A DNA stretch of 64,000 bases, from positions 165,082 through 229,081 of the forward strand of contig JAJPHL010000032.1 in assembly GCA_021325275.1 (NCBI GenBank), written 5' to 3'. Source of the stretch: Terriglobia bacterium. GTDB taxonomy: Bacteria; Acidobacteriota; Terriglobia; JAJPHL01. Each line of letters opens with the position of its first letter. The first letter of the stretch is position 1. A program made the position numbers and the translations under genes. The notes beneath the pieces are model-generated. The model worked only from the letters and a program-made list of their open reading frames with translations, made no database searches and had not been told where the DNA came from. Positions 1-8,367 of this stretch are shown here, piece by piece.

Positions 1-184
1 CGCACCACGCGGCCCAAATGTCCATCAGGACCACTTTGCCGGCGTGTTGTTTCACAAGCGCGTTGTATCCCGCCTCGTCGAGCGGTTTCAGCGTCAACGG
101 GATGCCCGATCCGGGAAGCGCGGCGGCTCCGGCGAGAGCCAACGCCAAAGAAATACAAGATACAAAAGCAGCGATTCGTTTCAC
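1..184 (-). CDS. Thioredoxin-like (TlpA/ResA-type) protein, N-terminal part; gene continues beyond window start
   Basis: Minus-strand translation from GTG at 184 gives a signal-peptide-like N-terminus (VKRIAAFVSCISLALALAGAAA...) ending at the window edge in ...MDIWAAWC. WAxWC is the start of a thioredoxin-fold CxxC motif. The gene is divergent from rlmN across an AT-rich spacer. Confidence 0.4.
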   Translation of the reverse strand, partial: MKRIAAFVSCISLALALAGAAALPGSGIPLTLKPLDEAGYNALVKQHAGKVVLMDIWAAWC

Positions 185-214
185 AAGTGAAAGTTTAGCA
201 CTAACATAAAGGAG

Positions 215-1273
215 ATGGTTTCTCTGCTCGGAAAATCGGCCGCCGACCTGCGCGCGTTGCTGGCCGGATGGGGCCAGCCCGGATATCGCGGCGACCAACT
301 GTACACCGCGATCTACCGGCGGCGTTCCCGCGACTTGTCGCGCGTGCCCACGCTGCCGCGTCCGCTGCGCGAACGGCTCGCGGCGGAGTTTTCCGCGGAG
401 CGTCCGCGGATCGCGAGCAAGTTTCAAGCCGCCGACGGCACGATTCGCTATTTGCTGCGCCTGGAAGACGCGAAGACGGTCGAATGCGTGCTAATGCCCG
501 AGGACGGCTCGGTGACAGCGGCGGGGCCGCGCGATACGATTTGCATTTCGACGCAAGCCGGGTGCGCGGTGGATTGCCAGTTTTGTCTCACCGCGCAGTT
601 GGGACTTGAGCGTAATCTCACGGCCGGCGAAATCGTCGGCCAGGTGTTGTTGGTCGCCGAGGAAAACAGTCTCGATCCCGCGGCGCGACCGTTGAATCTG
701 GTCTTCATGGGCCAAGGCGAACCGCTTTTGAATTTCGACAACGTGATGGCCGCCGTGCGATTGCTCGCCGATCCCGCGGGACTGGCGTTGTCGACGCGCC
801 GCATGACGCTATCGACCGCCGGGATTGTCCCGGGCATCGAGCGCCTGGCGGGCGAAGCTGTGCGCCCGAAACTTGCGGTGTCGCTGAATGCGTCGAACGA
901 CGAGCAGCGCTCCCGCCTGATGCCGATCAATCGCAAGTGGCCGATCGCCGTGCTGCTTGACGCGTGCCAGCGATTTCCGCTGGGTGCGCGCGAGCGTCTG
1001 ACGTTCGAATACGTGCTGCTGGGCGGCGTGAACGACACGGCGGCCGATGCGCGCCGCGTCGGCAAGTTATTGCGTGCGATGCCGGCGAAGGTCAATTTGA
1101 TCGCGTGGAATCCGGGACCGACGCTCGGTTTTGCGACTCCCGAGGAAGCGACCGTCCTCGAGTTCCAGCGCATTCTGCGCGACGCAAATGTTCCCGCGTT
1201 TATCCGCAAGCCGCGAGGCCGCGAGATTTACGCTGCGTGCGGCCAGTTGAGTCGCGCCGAGGCGGGCCAATGA
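215..1273 (+). CDS. rlmN: 23S rRNA (adenine2503-C2)-methyltransferase RlmN (radical SAM)
   Basis: CxxxCxxC radical-SAM cysteine cluster (GCAVDCQFC). The N-terminal LLxxxGxPxYRGxQL motif and the overall length (352 aa) are typical of RlmN/Cfr. AAGGAG lies immediately upstream of the ATG. Confidence 0.85.
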   Translation: MVSLLGKSAADLRALLAGWGQPGYRGDQLYTAIYRRRSRDLSRVPTLPRPLRERLAAEFSAERPRIASKFQAADGTIRYLLRLEDAKTVECVLMPEDGSVTAAGPRDTICISTQAGCAVDCQFCLTAQLGLERNLTAGEIVGQVLLVAEENSLDPAARPLNLVFMGQGEPLLNFDNVMAAVRLLADPAGLALSTRRMTLSTAGIVPGIERLAGEAVRPKLAVSLNASNDEQRSRLMPINRKWPIAVLLDACQRFPLGARERLTFEYVLLGGVNDTAADARRVGKLLRAMPAKVNLIAWNPGPTLGFATPEEATVLEFQRILRDANVPAFIRKPRGREIYAACGQLSRAEAGQ

Positions 1274-1308
1274 AACGCGGGCCAATGAAACGCGGGCCAA
1301 TGAAACGC
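1264..1308 (+). repeat. 15-bp direct tandem repeat x3 (GGCCAATGAAACGCG) spanning the rlmN stop and the SCO1 start
   Basis: Three identical 15-mers read directly from the sequence. Each unit contains an in-frame ATG of the SCO1 gene ([15 protein letters not shown]). Confidence 0.9.
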
Positions 1309-1863
1309 CTACTCCTGCTCCCGGCGTTGATGCTGCTCACCGCGTGTCCGAAGCCGGAGCCTTTGCCGGTGCTCGGCCAAACGTCGCCGTTCACGCTGAC
1401 CGCCGAAACCGGACAATCCTTCGATAGCAAGGCGTTGGCCGGTCATCCTTACGTGGCGGATTTCATTTACACGACATGCCCCGGCCCGTGTCCGCGCATG
1501 TCGTCGCAGATGCACGGCATCGATTCACAAGTTCGCGAACTACCGGTGCAGTTTGTCTCGTTCACTGTCGATCCCGAGCACGACACGCCGGAAAAACTGG
1601 CGGCCTACGCCAAGCAATTCGGCGCGGACTCGCGGCGTTGGCATTTTCTCACCGGCTCGCGCGACGCATTGAATCAAGTTTTCCGATATTCCTTCAAGCT
1701 GGGCGAGGTCGACGGCAGCATGGTCCACAGCACGAGGTTTGTACTGGTCGATGGGCAGGGAAAGATTCGGGGATTTTATTCAAGCGATGATTCCGACGAG
1801 TTGCGAAAGTTGGTTCGCGACTTAAGGCAGCTAGAAAAACAAACCGCAGATGAACGCAGATAA
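1270..1863 (+). CDS. SCO1/SenC-family copper chaperone, lipoprotein
   Basis: Thioredoxin-like CxxxC (CPGPC) and a conserved His (MVHST), as in SCO1/SenC proteins. There are three in-frame ATGs at 1270, 1285 and 1300, created by a 15-bp triple tandem repeat. The last ATG gives [16 protein letters not shown] with a lipobox, so the true start is probably 1300. The ATGA at 1270 overlaps the rlmN stop. Confidence 0.75.
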   Translation: MKRGPMKRGPMKRLLLLPALMLLTACPKPEPLPVLGQTSPFTLTAETGQSFDSKALAGHPYVADFIYTTCPGPCPRMSSQMHGIDSQVRELPVQFVSFTVDPEHDTPEKLAAYAKQFGADSRRWHFLTGSRDALNQVFRYSFKLGEVDGSMVHSTRFVLVDGQGKIRGFYSSDDSDELRKLVRDLRQLEKQTADERR

Positions 1864-1925
1864 ACGCAGATAAGGCGAGGGCTCATCGGCGTTCATCTGC
1901 GTTTATCGACGTTTATCTGCGGCTG
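1845..1925. terminator. Imperfect ~30-bp-stem palindrome built from 10-bp CGCAGATNAA units; putative bidirectional terminator between the SCO1 gene and hemH
   Basis: Left arm ccgcagatgaacgcagataaacgcagataa, loop ggcgagggctcatcggcg, right arm ttcatctgcgtttatcgacgtttatctgcgg. The two arms are near-complementary. The element lies exactly between two convergent stop codons. Confidence 0.5.
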
Positions 1926-2932
1926 ATTTTTTCCTGTACCAACTGCGCCATCGCACGGATGAACGCCGGAGAATCGTTGAGCCCTTCGGCCATCGCGAAT
2001 CGCTTGATACCCAGCGACAACGCCAGGTCGCGCGCGTCGTGCGCGATTTCTTCGAGCGTCTCGATGTGATCCGATACAAACGCAATCGGCACCACCAGCA
2101 GATTCTTGGCGCCCGCCGCGGCCCGCTCGCGGATCGTCGTGGTCAGCGACGGCTGCAACCAGCGGCCTGGTCCGACTTTGCTTTGATAGCAAATACGGTG
2201 CGGATGCGGCCAGCCGTGAAGCTCGCGGCCTCGTTCGAGCGTGAGGCGCGTCGTCTCGGCCACTTGTGCCGGATACGGATCGCCCTTTTCCGATAGATTC
2301 GCGGGTGTCCCGTGCGCGCTGAAGATCAATTCCACTGTTTCACCTGACGTCTCGCCGGCCGGAAATTGCGTCAGCGCCTCGGCGATCCGCTCCACTTGAG
2401 CTTGAATATACGGCGCGTAATTGTGAAATTCGGAAATCGTCTGGAGCGGCACACCGTTTTGGCGAAAGTGGCGACGCCATTCGTTCAAACTGGACCCGGT
2501 GGTGGTCTTCGAGTACTGAGGATACAGCGGCAGCAGCAAGATTCGGTCAAAATGTTGCGCGCCGACCGCCGCCACTACGTCCTCGGTGAGCGGATGCCAG
2601 TAGCGCATCGCCACAAAGACGCGCGCTTGGTCGTTGAGCGTCGCGCGCAGCTCGCGTTCCAGCGCTTCGGCCTGGCGGCGCGTGTTGTTGTTCAGCGGCG
2701 ATCCTTGGAATTTGCGGAACAGTTGGCCGTAGTGATCCGCGACCTTCTTGGCGCGATTCGCAGCCACCAGCCGCGCCAGCGGCTCGCGGGCCAGTCGGGC
2801 GAAGGGGAAATCGATGATATCGGGATCGCGAAAGAGGTTGTAGAGGAACGGCTCGATCGCTTCGGGAGTATCCGGGCCGCCGAGTTGTAGCAGGACAACG
2901 GCAAGCCGCTCCCGGTAAGTCGAAAAATCCAT
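1913..2932 (-). CDS. hemH: Ferrochelatase
   Basis: N-terminus MDFSTYRERLAVVLLQLGGPD... The overall architecture and the C-terminal HIETLEEI region are typical of HemH. The ORF-track start at 3031 is upstream of the conserved N-terminus, so the internal ATG at 2932 is the likely start. Confidence 0.8.
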   Translation of the reverse strand: MDFSTYRERLAVVLLQLGGPDTPEAIEPFLYNLFRDPDIIDFPFARLAREPLARLVAANRAKKVADHYGQLFRKFQGSPLNNNTRRQAEALERELRATLNDQARVFVAMRYWHPLTEDVVAAVGAQHFDRILLLPLYPQYSKTTTGSSLNEWRRHFRQNGVPLQTISEFHNYAPYIQAQVERIAEALTQFPAGETSGETVELIFSAHGTPANLSEKGDPYPAQVAETTRLTLERGRELHGWPHPHRICYQSKVGPGRWLQPSLTTTIRERAAAGAKNLLVVPIAFVSDHIETLEEIAHDARDLALSLGIKRFAMAEGLNDSPAFIRAMAQLVQEKISRR

Positions 2933-3078
2933 GAAGAACCAATGTAGCACGGCGGCCGCGCGCCACCTAGTCTGCACTACTTTAGGGCACGCCTGGGGTG
3001 TCCGGGCAACCGCCCCCAAATCCTGTTTCAAATCGGGCGGATTCGGTATAATAGCCCTGCCTGGGAGGACGTCGACCT

Positions 3079-4095
3079 ATGCCCAATCTCACCGTGCGCG
3101 TGATGGAGGATCTCCCGGTCCCACGCGATCAAGTTCAGCGCCGCCGCGGCGACCTGCTGCAGCAATTCATGCAGGTAAATAAGGAACTGTGGCTGATCCT
3201 GACGGTTTTTGCGATCGCCTTTGTCGTAAACCACGTGGTCAGCTCGCAGCGTTTGACGCTGAGTTTCTACACGCTACCCACGCTGTTTTCCGCCTACTTC
3301 TTCGGACGCCGCCACGCCGTGATGACCGCGATTTTCTCGGGCATGGTGGTGGCCGTCGTGGCCTACACCAATCCCACGCTCTTCGAGCCGCAGGTGACCG
3401 CGCCGTTCGATCGCTGGTTCGATATGGGCGTTTGGGCGGGATTTTTGACGCTCACCGCCTATGCGATGGGCACCCTCTACGAGAGCAAAGAAAAACATAT
3501 TGCCGAATTACGCGATACGTATCAGGGAATTCTGCTGATTCTCCAGCAGTTCATTTCCAAGGATAAGTACACGCAAAACCATTCCTATCGCGTTTCCGTT
3601 TACTCCGCGAAGATCGCGGCGTGCTGCGGACTGAATCGCGACCGCATCGAGGACGTGCGCACCGCCGCCTTGTTGCACGATATCGGCAAGCTCGATATCA
3701 GCCGCGACATCCTCTATAAGGCCGCCAAGCTCAGCGACCGGGAGTTCGAGGAAATGAAGACGCACGTGTCGCGCGGCGTGGATTTCCTGGCGCCGGTGGG
3801 CGGATCGCTCAAGCGCGTGCTGCCGATCATCCTGGCGCATCACGACAAGTTCGACGGTACCGGATATACGCCGGCGTCCGGCGAAAATATTCCCTTCGAG
3901 GCGCGCATCATATCTGTCGCGGATGCATACGATGCGATTACCAGCGACCGTCCGTACCGCAAGGCTTCCACGCCGTTCGAGGCGCGCGACATCATCGTGA
4001 AAGGCGCGGGATCGAGCTTCGACCCTCAGGTGGTCCGCGCGTTTGAGATCGCCTTCAGTCGCGGCGAGATGGAAGTTCCCGAGGTAATGATCTAG
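3079..4095 (+). CDS. HD-GYP domain protein (c-di-GMP phosphodiesterase family) with N-terminal transmembrane segments
   Basis: HD motif (LLHDIGKL) and a HHDKFDGTGYT motif, a GYP variant that reads GYT. There are about 4 N-terminal hydrophobic helices. GGGAGG RBS. A TATAAT box lies at ~3041. Confidence 0.7.
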   Translation: MPNLTVRVMEDLPVPRDQVQRRRGDLLQQFMQVNKELWLILTVFAIAFVVNHVVSSQRLTLSFYTLPTLFSAYFFGRRHAVMTAIFSGMVVAVVAYTNPTLFEPQVTAPFDRWFDMGVWAGFLTLTAYAMGTLYESKEKHIAELRDTYQGILLILQQFISKDKYTQNHSYRVSVYSAKIAACCGLNRDRIEDVRTAALLHDIGKLDISRDILYKAAKLSDREFEEMKTHVSRGVDFLAPVGGSLKRVLPIILAHHDKFDGTGYTPASGENIPFEARIISVADAYDAITSDRPYRKASTPFEARDIIVKGAGSSFDPQVVRAFEIAFSRGEMEVPEVMI

Positions 4096-4107
4096 CTCCG
4101 TAAGGTT

Positions 4108-4839
4108 TTGTCCCGCATTCTCATCGTCGAAGATGAACGCCACTTGGCCGAGGGCCTGCGCTTCAATCTGGAAGCGGAAGGCTATCAGGTGGATGTCTGC
4201 GAAGACGGCGAATCGGCGCTCGAACTATTGGAGGCGTCGGGATCGGCGATCGACTTACTGGTGCTCGACGTGATGCTTCCCGGCAAGGACGGCTTTGAAG
4301 TGATGGCCGAACTGCGCCGTGAAGGACAATACCTGCCCACATTGATGCTCACGGCGCGCGGCCGTCCCGAAGACGTGTTGAAGGGTTTTGAATCAGGCGC
4401 CGACGATTATCTGCCCAAACCGTTCGAGCTAGCGATTCTTCTGGCGCGCATCGGTGGATTACTGCGCCGTCGCGAGTGGCTTCTCGCCTCGGCTGCGGCG
4501 AAAACCACCGCCGGCGACGGCGACAAGCCGGCAGCGCCGCAGGTTTTCGAAGTCGCCGGGCGTGTGATCGACTTCGGCACGCTGGAAATCCGCGCGGAAT
4601 CGCAGACGTTTCCGCTGACCGTGATGGAAGCGAACCTTTTGCGCTACCTGATCCAACATCAGGATCAAGCGGTGTCGCGCAAGGCGATGCTCGAGGATGT
4701 TTGGGGCGTGCGCGAAGACACCGACACGCGCCCCATCGACAATTTCATCGTGCGATTGCGCCGCTATCTCGAGGACGATCCCGCCAATCCCAAGCATTTG
4801 CTCACGGTGCGCGGCGTGGGGTACCGCTTCACGCCTTGA
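4108..4839 (+). CDS. OmpR-family two-component response regulator (REC + winged-helix)
   Basis: N-terminal REC domain (ILIVEDE...LLVLDVMLPGKDG...) and a C-terminal winged-helix output (LTVRGVGYRF). TTG start at 4108, per the ORF track. Confidence 0.8.
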   Translation: MSRILIVEDERHLAEGLRFNLEAEGYQVDVCEDGESALELLEASGSAIDLLVLDVMLPGKDGFEVMAELRREGQYLPTLMLTARGRPEDVLKGFESGADDYLPKPFELAILLARIGGLLRRREWLLASAAAKTTAGDGDKPAAPQVFEVAGRVIDFGTLEIRAESQTFPLTVMEANLLRYLIQHQDQAVSRKAMLEDVWGVREDTDTRPIDNFIVRLRRYLEDDPANPKHLLTVRGVGYRFTP

Positions 4840-4875
4840 CAACTAACTCGGATTCCGATATAACGAAATCCGAGT

Positions 4876-5286
4876 ATGATTCCGCTGGCCGTCATCCTGC
4901 TCAAGCTGCATCTCACGGCGCTAGTCGCGATCGATGGGGGACGTCTCGCCGAGTCGCGCGCGGTTTCGCCCGAGATCCGCAATCTCGGCAAGCTGACGGC
5001 GTATGACGCGGGCGAACTGGATCGTCGATTGCGGGATCTCGCCGCGAGGTCCCGCGTGGCGCTCGCGGACACTCCCAAGCCGGCGCAAGAGCAATTCGAA
5101 GCGTTGCGCAAACTCCAGGGCGTTGAATTCGATCGCGAATTTCTGAAGTTCAACTACGGTGCCAACGAGACGCTGCGCAAACAACTGGCGGGCGTCCGCG
5201 AGCTGGCGATCTTCGAGCCGATCATCGGGCAAGACGCATGGCTCTCCGGATGGTGCCTGGGACATTGCGTCCCGCGCCGGCAATGA
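4876..5286 (+). CDS. Hypothetical protein, possible DUF4142-like
   Basis: The GVEFDREFLKF...ETLRKQL segment resembles the DUF4142 G-x-EFD-x-x-Y/F-L...H motif region. This is a weak assignment. The stop overlaps the next gene's start (CAATGA). Confidence 0.4.
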   Translation: MIPLAVILLKLHLTALVAIDGGRLAESRAVSPEIRNLGKLTAYDAGELDRRLRDLAARSRVALADTPKPAQEQFEALRKLQGVEFDREFLKFNYGANETLRKQLAGVRELAIFEPIIGQDAWLSGWCLGHCVPRRQ

Positions 5287-5750
5287 ACACGAACGCACGC
5301 GCGGTCGTAATGGGCGCGGCGTCAGGCGCGGCGATGCTGGCTTGTCTGATCGTCGGCGCGACGCGTGCCGGCATGCCATGGGAATGGCCGATCCGTTGGA
5401 TCTTTGCGCTGCTCGGCGCCGCTCCTGGGCTGATTTCTGTCGGCCAAGCCCACGGGGGATTGAGCACGCCCTCGTGCATCGCGATCGGGTTGGCGATTCA
5501 CGCCATTATTTCCACTTTGCTCGCCCGGCTCTTCCTGCTGCTTGTTGCGCACTTCAAAAAGCCTTATCGGGCTCCGGCCGGATTGCTCTATGGCGCAATC
5601 CTTTGGGCGATCATGACGTACGCGCTGCTGCCGATGGCGGATGGCGTGATGGCGGCGCGTGTGCAACTCATCCCACAGGCGTTTCTCATCGCGAATCTGG
5701 TTTTTGGAACCGTGCTGGGCGCGTGCGCTACACTAGTTCGAGGTGCCTGA
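5283..5750 (+). CDS. Hypothetical integral membrane protein (about 4 TM helices)
   Basis: Hydrophobic helices throughout. Start codon ATG at 5283 overlaps the upstream stop (ATGA), consistent with co-translation with the 4876 gene. Confidence 0.5.
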   Translation: MNTNARAVVMGAASGAAMLACLIVGATRAGMPWEWPIRWIFALLGAAPGLISVGQAHGGLSTPSCIAIGLAIHAIISTLLARLFLLLVAHFKKPYRAPAGLLYGAILWAIMTYALLPMADGVMAARVQLIPQAFLIANLVFGTVLGACATLVRGA

Positions 5751-7914
5751 ACCAAAGCTGGAGTTCAAGGGCGGCCGGCGATATCTCGCGCTGGGACTAT
5801 TTCTAGTCCTGGCCGTGCTGATCGTGTGGCAAGTCTCCTTTAAGGTTGGGATCAGTCCCGCGAGTTCCGAGCAGACCATCCTACTGTTCTTTCTATCGAC
5901 GCTGGTGGGCCTGGCGTTTCTGATTTTCGGGTTCATTCTCTCGCGCAATCTCATCAAGCTATTCGTCGAACGCCGCGCGAATCTGCTGGGATCGAAGTTC
6001 AAGACAAAACTTGTGATCGGCGCGCTGGCGCTTTCATTGCTTCCGGTGTCGCTCCTTTTCTATTTTTCCTACTTGTTGATGAATCGATTCGTGATCCGCG
6101 TGTTCAATCAACCGTTCGCCAGCATGGAAACGCAGGCGCGCTCGATTGTCGCGGAAGTGGGCTCGTTTGCCGAGCGCGAGGCGGAAGCGGACGCCTTGGC
6201 CGTGTCGCGCGGGCCGATGGGCGACGCGATTCGCGCCGGTGACGTCGATGGAGTACGTCGATTGATGGCCGTGGAAGCGCAAGGCGAAGGTGTCGATTAC
6301 CTCACCGTCGAAACACCGAGCGGCAACCTGGGATTCTTCAGTACCTCAGGCGTCGACATCGGCCCCGGCCTGGCGCGCGAATTGCCCGCCGACGAGCGCC
6401 GGACACGGCGCCCGCTGCACTTGCAGGCGTCTGCGGGCGGCAGCGATTACGCCGTGGCGATTATCCCGATTGTTTCACCAAATGGCGGTCCGGTGGGATG
6501 GATCATCGCCGCCGACCGCTTGCCCGATCGACTCACAAAAAGCTTGGCCGAGATGTCGCGCGATCAGGAGAATTACAGGCAGCTTTTCTACGAGCAAAAA
6601 AGCGTCCGCACATTTTTCTTGCTGGAAATGGCGCTCGTAACCGTGCTGCTTCTCGTCGCCGCGACGTGGGTGGCTCTGTTTTTGTCGAAGCAAGTCACAG
6701 TGCCGATCGAAGCACTCGCCGAAGCGACGCATGAGGTCAGCGTTGGGAACCTGGGATATCGCATCAAAGTGCGCGCAACCGACGAACTCGGCGTGTTGGT
6801 GCGTTCGTTCAACGACATGGTGGGCCAGCTCGAGGAATCGCGCATGGAATTGGAGCGTCGCCGTCGCGAGACCGAAGCGATTCTCGAAAGCATTCCCACG
6901 CCGGTGATTTCACTTTCGCGCGACCGCCGCGTGATCCGCGTGAATCCTGCGGTGGAACGAATGTTCGGTCCGCAGCGCGCCGCCGCGCCCACGTTGCGCG
7001 ACTTGCTGCCGGCCGAGGAACTGCGCGACGTCGATCACTTACTGCGCCGTTCGCTCCGGCAGGGTTTCGCCACTTCACAACTCGATTTGTCCACGCCGCG
7101 CGGCAAGATGAGCGTGGCGATGACGGTGTCAGCGCTGCAGAGCGGTCCTGCCGGAGTGCCGGTGTCGTCGGACATTGCGTACATCGTCGTCGTGGAAGAC
7201 CTTTCCGACTTGATCCACGCGCAACAAGCCGCGGCGTGGCAGGAAGTGACGCGGCGTGTGGCGCATGAAATCAAGAATCCGCTCACGCCGATCGCGCTGT
7301 CCGCCGAGCGCATCCGTCGCCGGTTGGAAACGATGAGCGCCACGATGCCCGATGCGGATCGCACCGAGGGCATGCAAGTGATCGCCGATTGTTCGAACCT
7401 GATCAACCAAGAAACCGAAGCGTTGAAGACGTTGGTGGACGAATTTTCGCAGATGGCGCGCTTCCCGAAGGCCGAGCTGAAACCGGAGTCGCTGAATTCG
7501 ATCGTGGAAAGCGCGGTGGCGGTTTTCGACGGCCGCCTCGACGACATCGAAGTGCGTCTTGATCTCGCGCCGGGCTTGCCGCTGGTGAATGTCGACGCCG
7601 GACAACTGAAACGCGTGGTGGTGAACCTAGTGGACAACGCCGCGGAGGCGATGGAACCGTGTTTGTTCAAGGAACTTCGCATCTCAACAGACATGCGCGG
7701 CGAGACGGTGGAGTTGGCCGTCGCCGACACGGGTCCCGGCGTCGACGCGGAGACGAAGGAAAAACTTTTCCTTCCGAATTTTTCGACCAAGAAACGCGGG
7801 ACAGGTTTGGGCTTGGCGATCTGCAGCCGCATCGTCGCGGATCATCGCGGCAGCATCCGCGTAGAAGAAAATGATCCGGTGGGGGCGCGCTTTATACTGG
7901 AACTTCCTGCATAG
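5743..7914 (+). CDS. ntrY: NtrY-like sensor histidine kinase (TM-HAMP-PAS-HisKA-HATPase)
   Basis: N-terminal TM helices, a HAMP region (LGYRIKVRATDELGVLVRSFNDMVGQLEES), a PAS region, an H-box (VAHEIKNPLTPI), and N/G1/G2 boxes (VVNLVDNAAEAM, DTGPGV, GTGLGLAI). GTG start at 5743. Confidence 0.75.
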   Translation: MPEPKLEFKGGRRYLALGLFLVLAVLIVWQVSFKVGISPASSEQTILLFFLSTLVGLAFLIFGFILSRNLIKLFVERRANLLGSKFKTKLVIGALALSLLPVSLLFYFSYLLMNRFVIRVFNQPFASMETQARSIVAEVGSFAEREAEADALAVSRGPMGDAIRAGDVDGVRRLMAVEAQGEGVDYLTVETPSGNLGFFSTSGVDIGPGLARELPADERRTRRPLHLQASAGGSDYAVAIIPIVSPNGGPVGWIIAADRLPDRLTKSLAEMSRDQENYRQLFYEQKSVRTFFLLEMALVTVLLLVAATWVALFLSKQVTVPIEALAEATHEVSVGNLGYRIKVRATDELGVLVRSFNDMVGQLEESRMELERRRRETEAILESIPTPVISLSRDRRVIRVNPAVERMFGPQRAAAPTLRDLLPAEELRDVDHLLRRSLRQGFATSQLDLSTPRGKMSVAMTVSALQSGPAGVPVSSDIAYIVVVEDLSDLIHAQQAAAWQEVTRRVAHEIKNPLTPIALSAERIRRRLETMSATMPDADRTEGMQVIADCSNLINQETEALKTLVDEFSQMARFPKAELKPESLNSIVESAVAVFDGRLDDIEVRLDLAPGLPLVNVDAGQLKRVVVNLVDNAAEAMEPCLFKELRISTDMRGETVELAVADTGPGVDAETKEKLFLPNFSTKKRGTGLGLAICSRIVADHRGSIRVEENDPVGARFILELPA

Positions 7915-7945
7915 GGTTGCTGGTTGCTGGTGCTGGTTGCCGGTT
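7915..7945. repeat. Tandem heptamer array (TTGCTGG)n; left inverted repeat of the four-helix-bundle cassette
   Basis: ggttgctggttgctggtgctggttgccgg follows the ntrY stop directly. Its reverse complement recurs at 8323..8349 and at 39527..39563. Confidence 0.85.
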
Positions 7946-7956
7946 TGGCCCGACTA

Positions 7957-8367
7957 ATGGCTAAAGGATTCCGAGACCTCGTCGCTTGGCAGCGCGCGAT
8001 GGCGTTGGTGCTCGAAGTGTATAAGGTGACGCATGGGTTTCCGCGAGAAGAAGTCTTCGGACTTTCAAGCCAACTTCGGCGTGCAGCTGTTTCGGTCCCG
8101 AGTAACATTGCAGAGGGACAAGGTAGATCGACTCGGGGTGAATTCGCGCACTTTCTCGGTCACGCGCGAGGGTCGCTCGCGGAAGTAGAGACGCAACTCG
8201 AGATCGCGAAAGGACTGGGTTTAATCAAGCATGAGGACTTCGAGAAACTGATGAAGCTGGTCTCCGAAACCGGCCGCCCTTTGCTCGGTCTCACGGACGC
8301 GATCCGCCGACGGTCGACCTCGAACCAGCAACCGGCAACCAGCAACCCCGCGCGACCAGCCCAATGA
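7957..8367 (+). CDS. Four-helix-bundle protein (TIGR02436 / '23S rRNA intervening-sequence protein' family)
   Basis: Highly characteristic N-terminus MAKGFRDLVAWQRAMALVLEVYKVTHGFPREEVFGLSSQLRRAAVSVPSNIAEGQGR...FLGHARGSLAEVETQLEIAKGLGLI. The C-terminal tail (TSNQQPATSNP) is encoded by the right-hand heptamer repeat. Confidence 0.8.
   Translation: MAKGFRDLVAWQRAMALVLEVYKVTHGFPREEVFGLSSQLRRAAVSVPSNIAEGQGRSTRGEFAHFLGHARGSLAEVETQLEIAKGLGLIKHEDFEKLMKLVSETGRPLLGLTDAIRRRSTSNQQPATSNPARPAQ
8323..8349. repeat. Heptamer array (CCAGCAA)n; right inverted repeat of the four-helix-bundle cassette
   Basis: aaccagcaaccggcaaccagcaacccc is the reverse complement of the 7915..7945 array. Confidence 0.85.

Noticed and set aside
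18-209. 63-aa plus-strand ORF at the window start.
   Set aside because: It is antisense to the thioredoxin-like N-terminus, which has a signal peptide and a WAxWC motif. Its product has no protein-like features.
448-1209. 253-aa minus-strand ORF antisense to rlmN. Other long antisense ORFs of the same kind: 8379..9668, 19064..20227, 20762..21724, 23666..24496, 25092..25973, 26597..28087, 31416..32402, 33215..34543, 34556..35662, 46274..47113 and 47395..48573.
   Set aside because: All lie opposite well-supported genes with recognisable motifs. Their products are Arg/Ala/Gly-rich low-complexity strings, typical of stop-codon-poor antisense frames in high-GC DNA.
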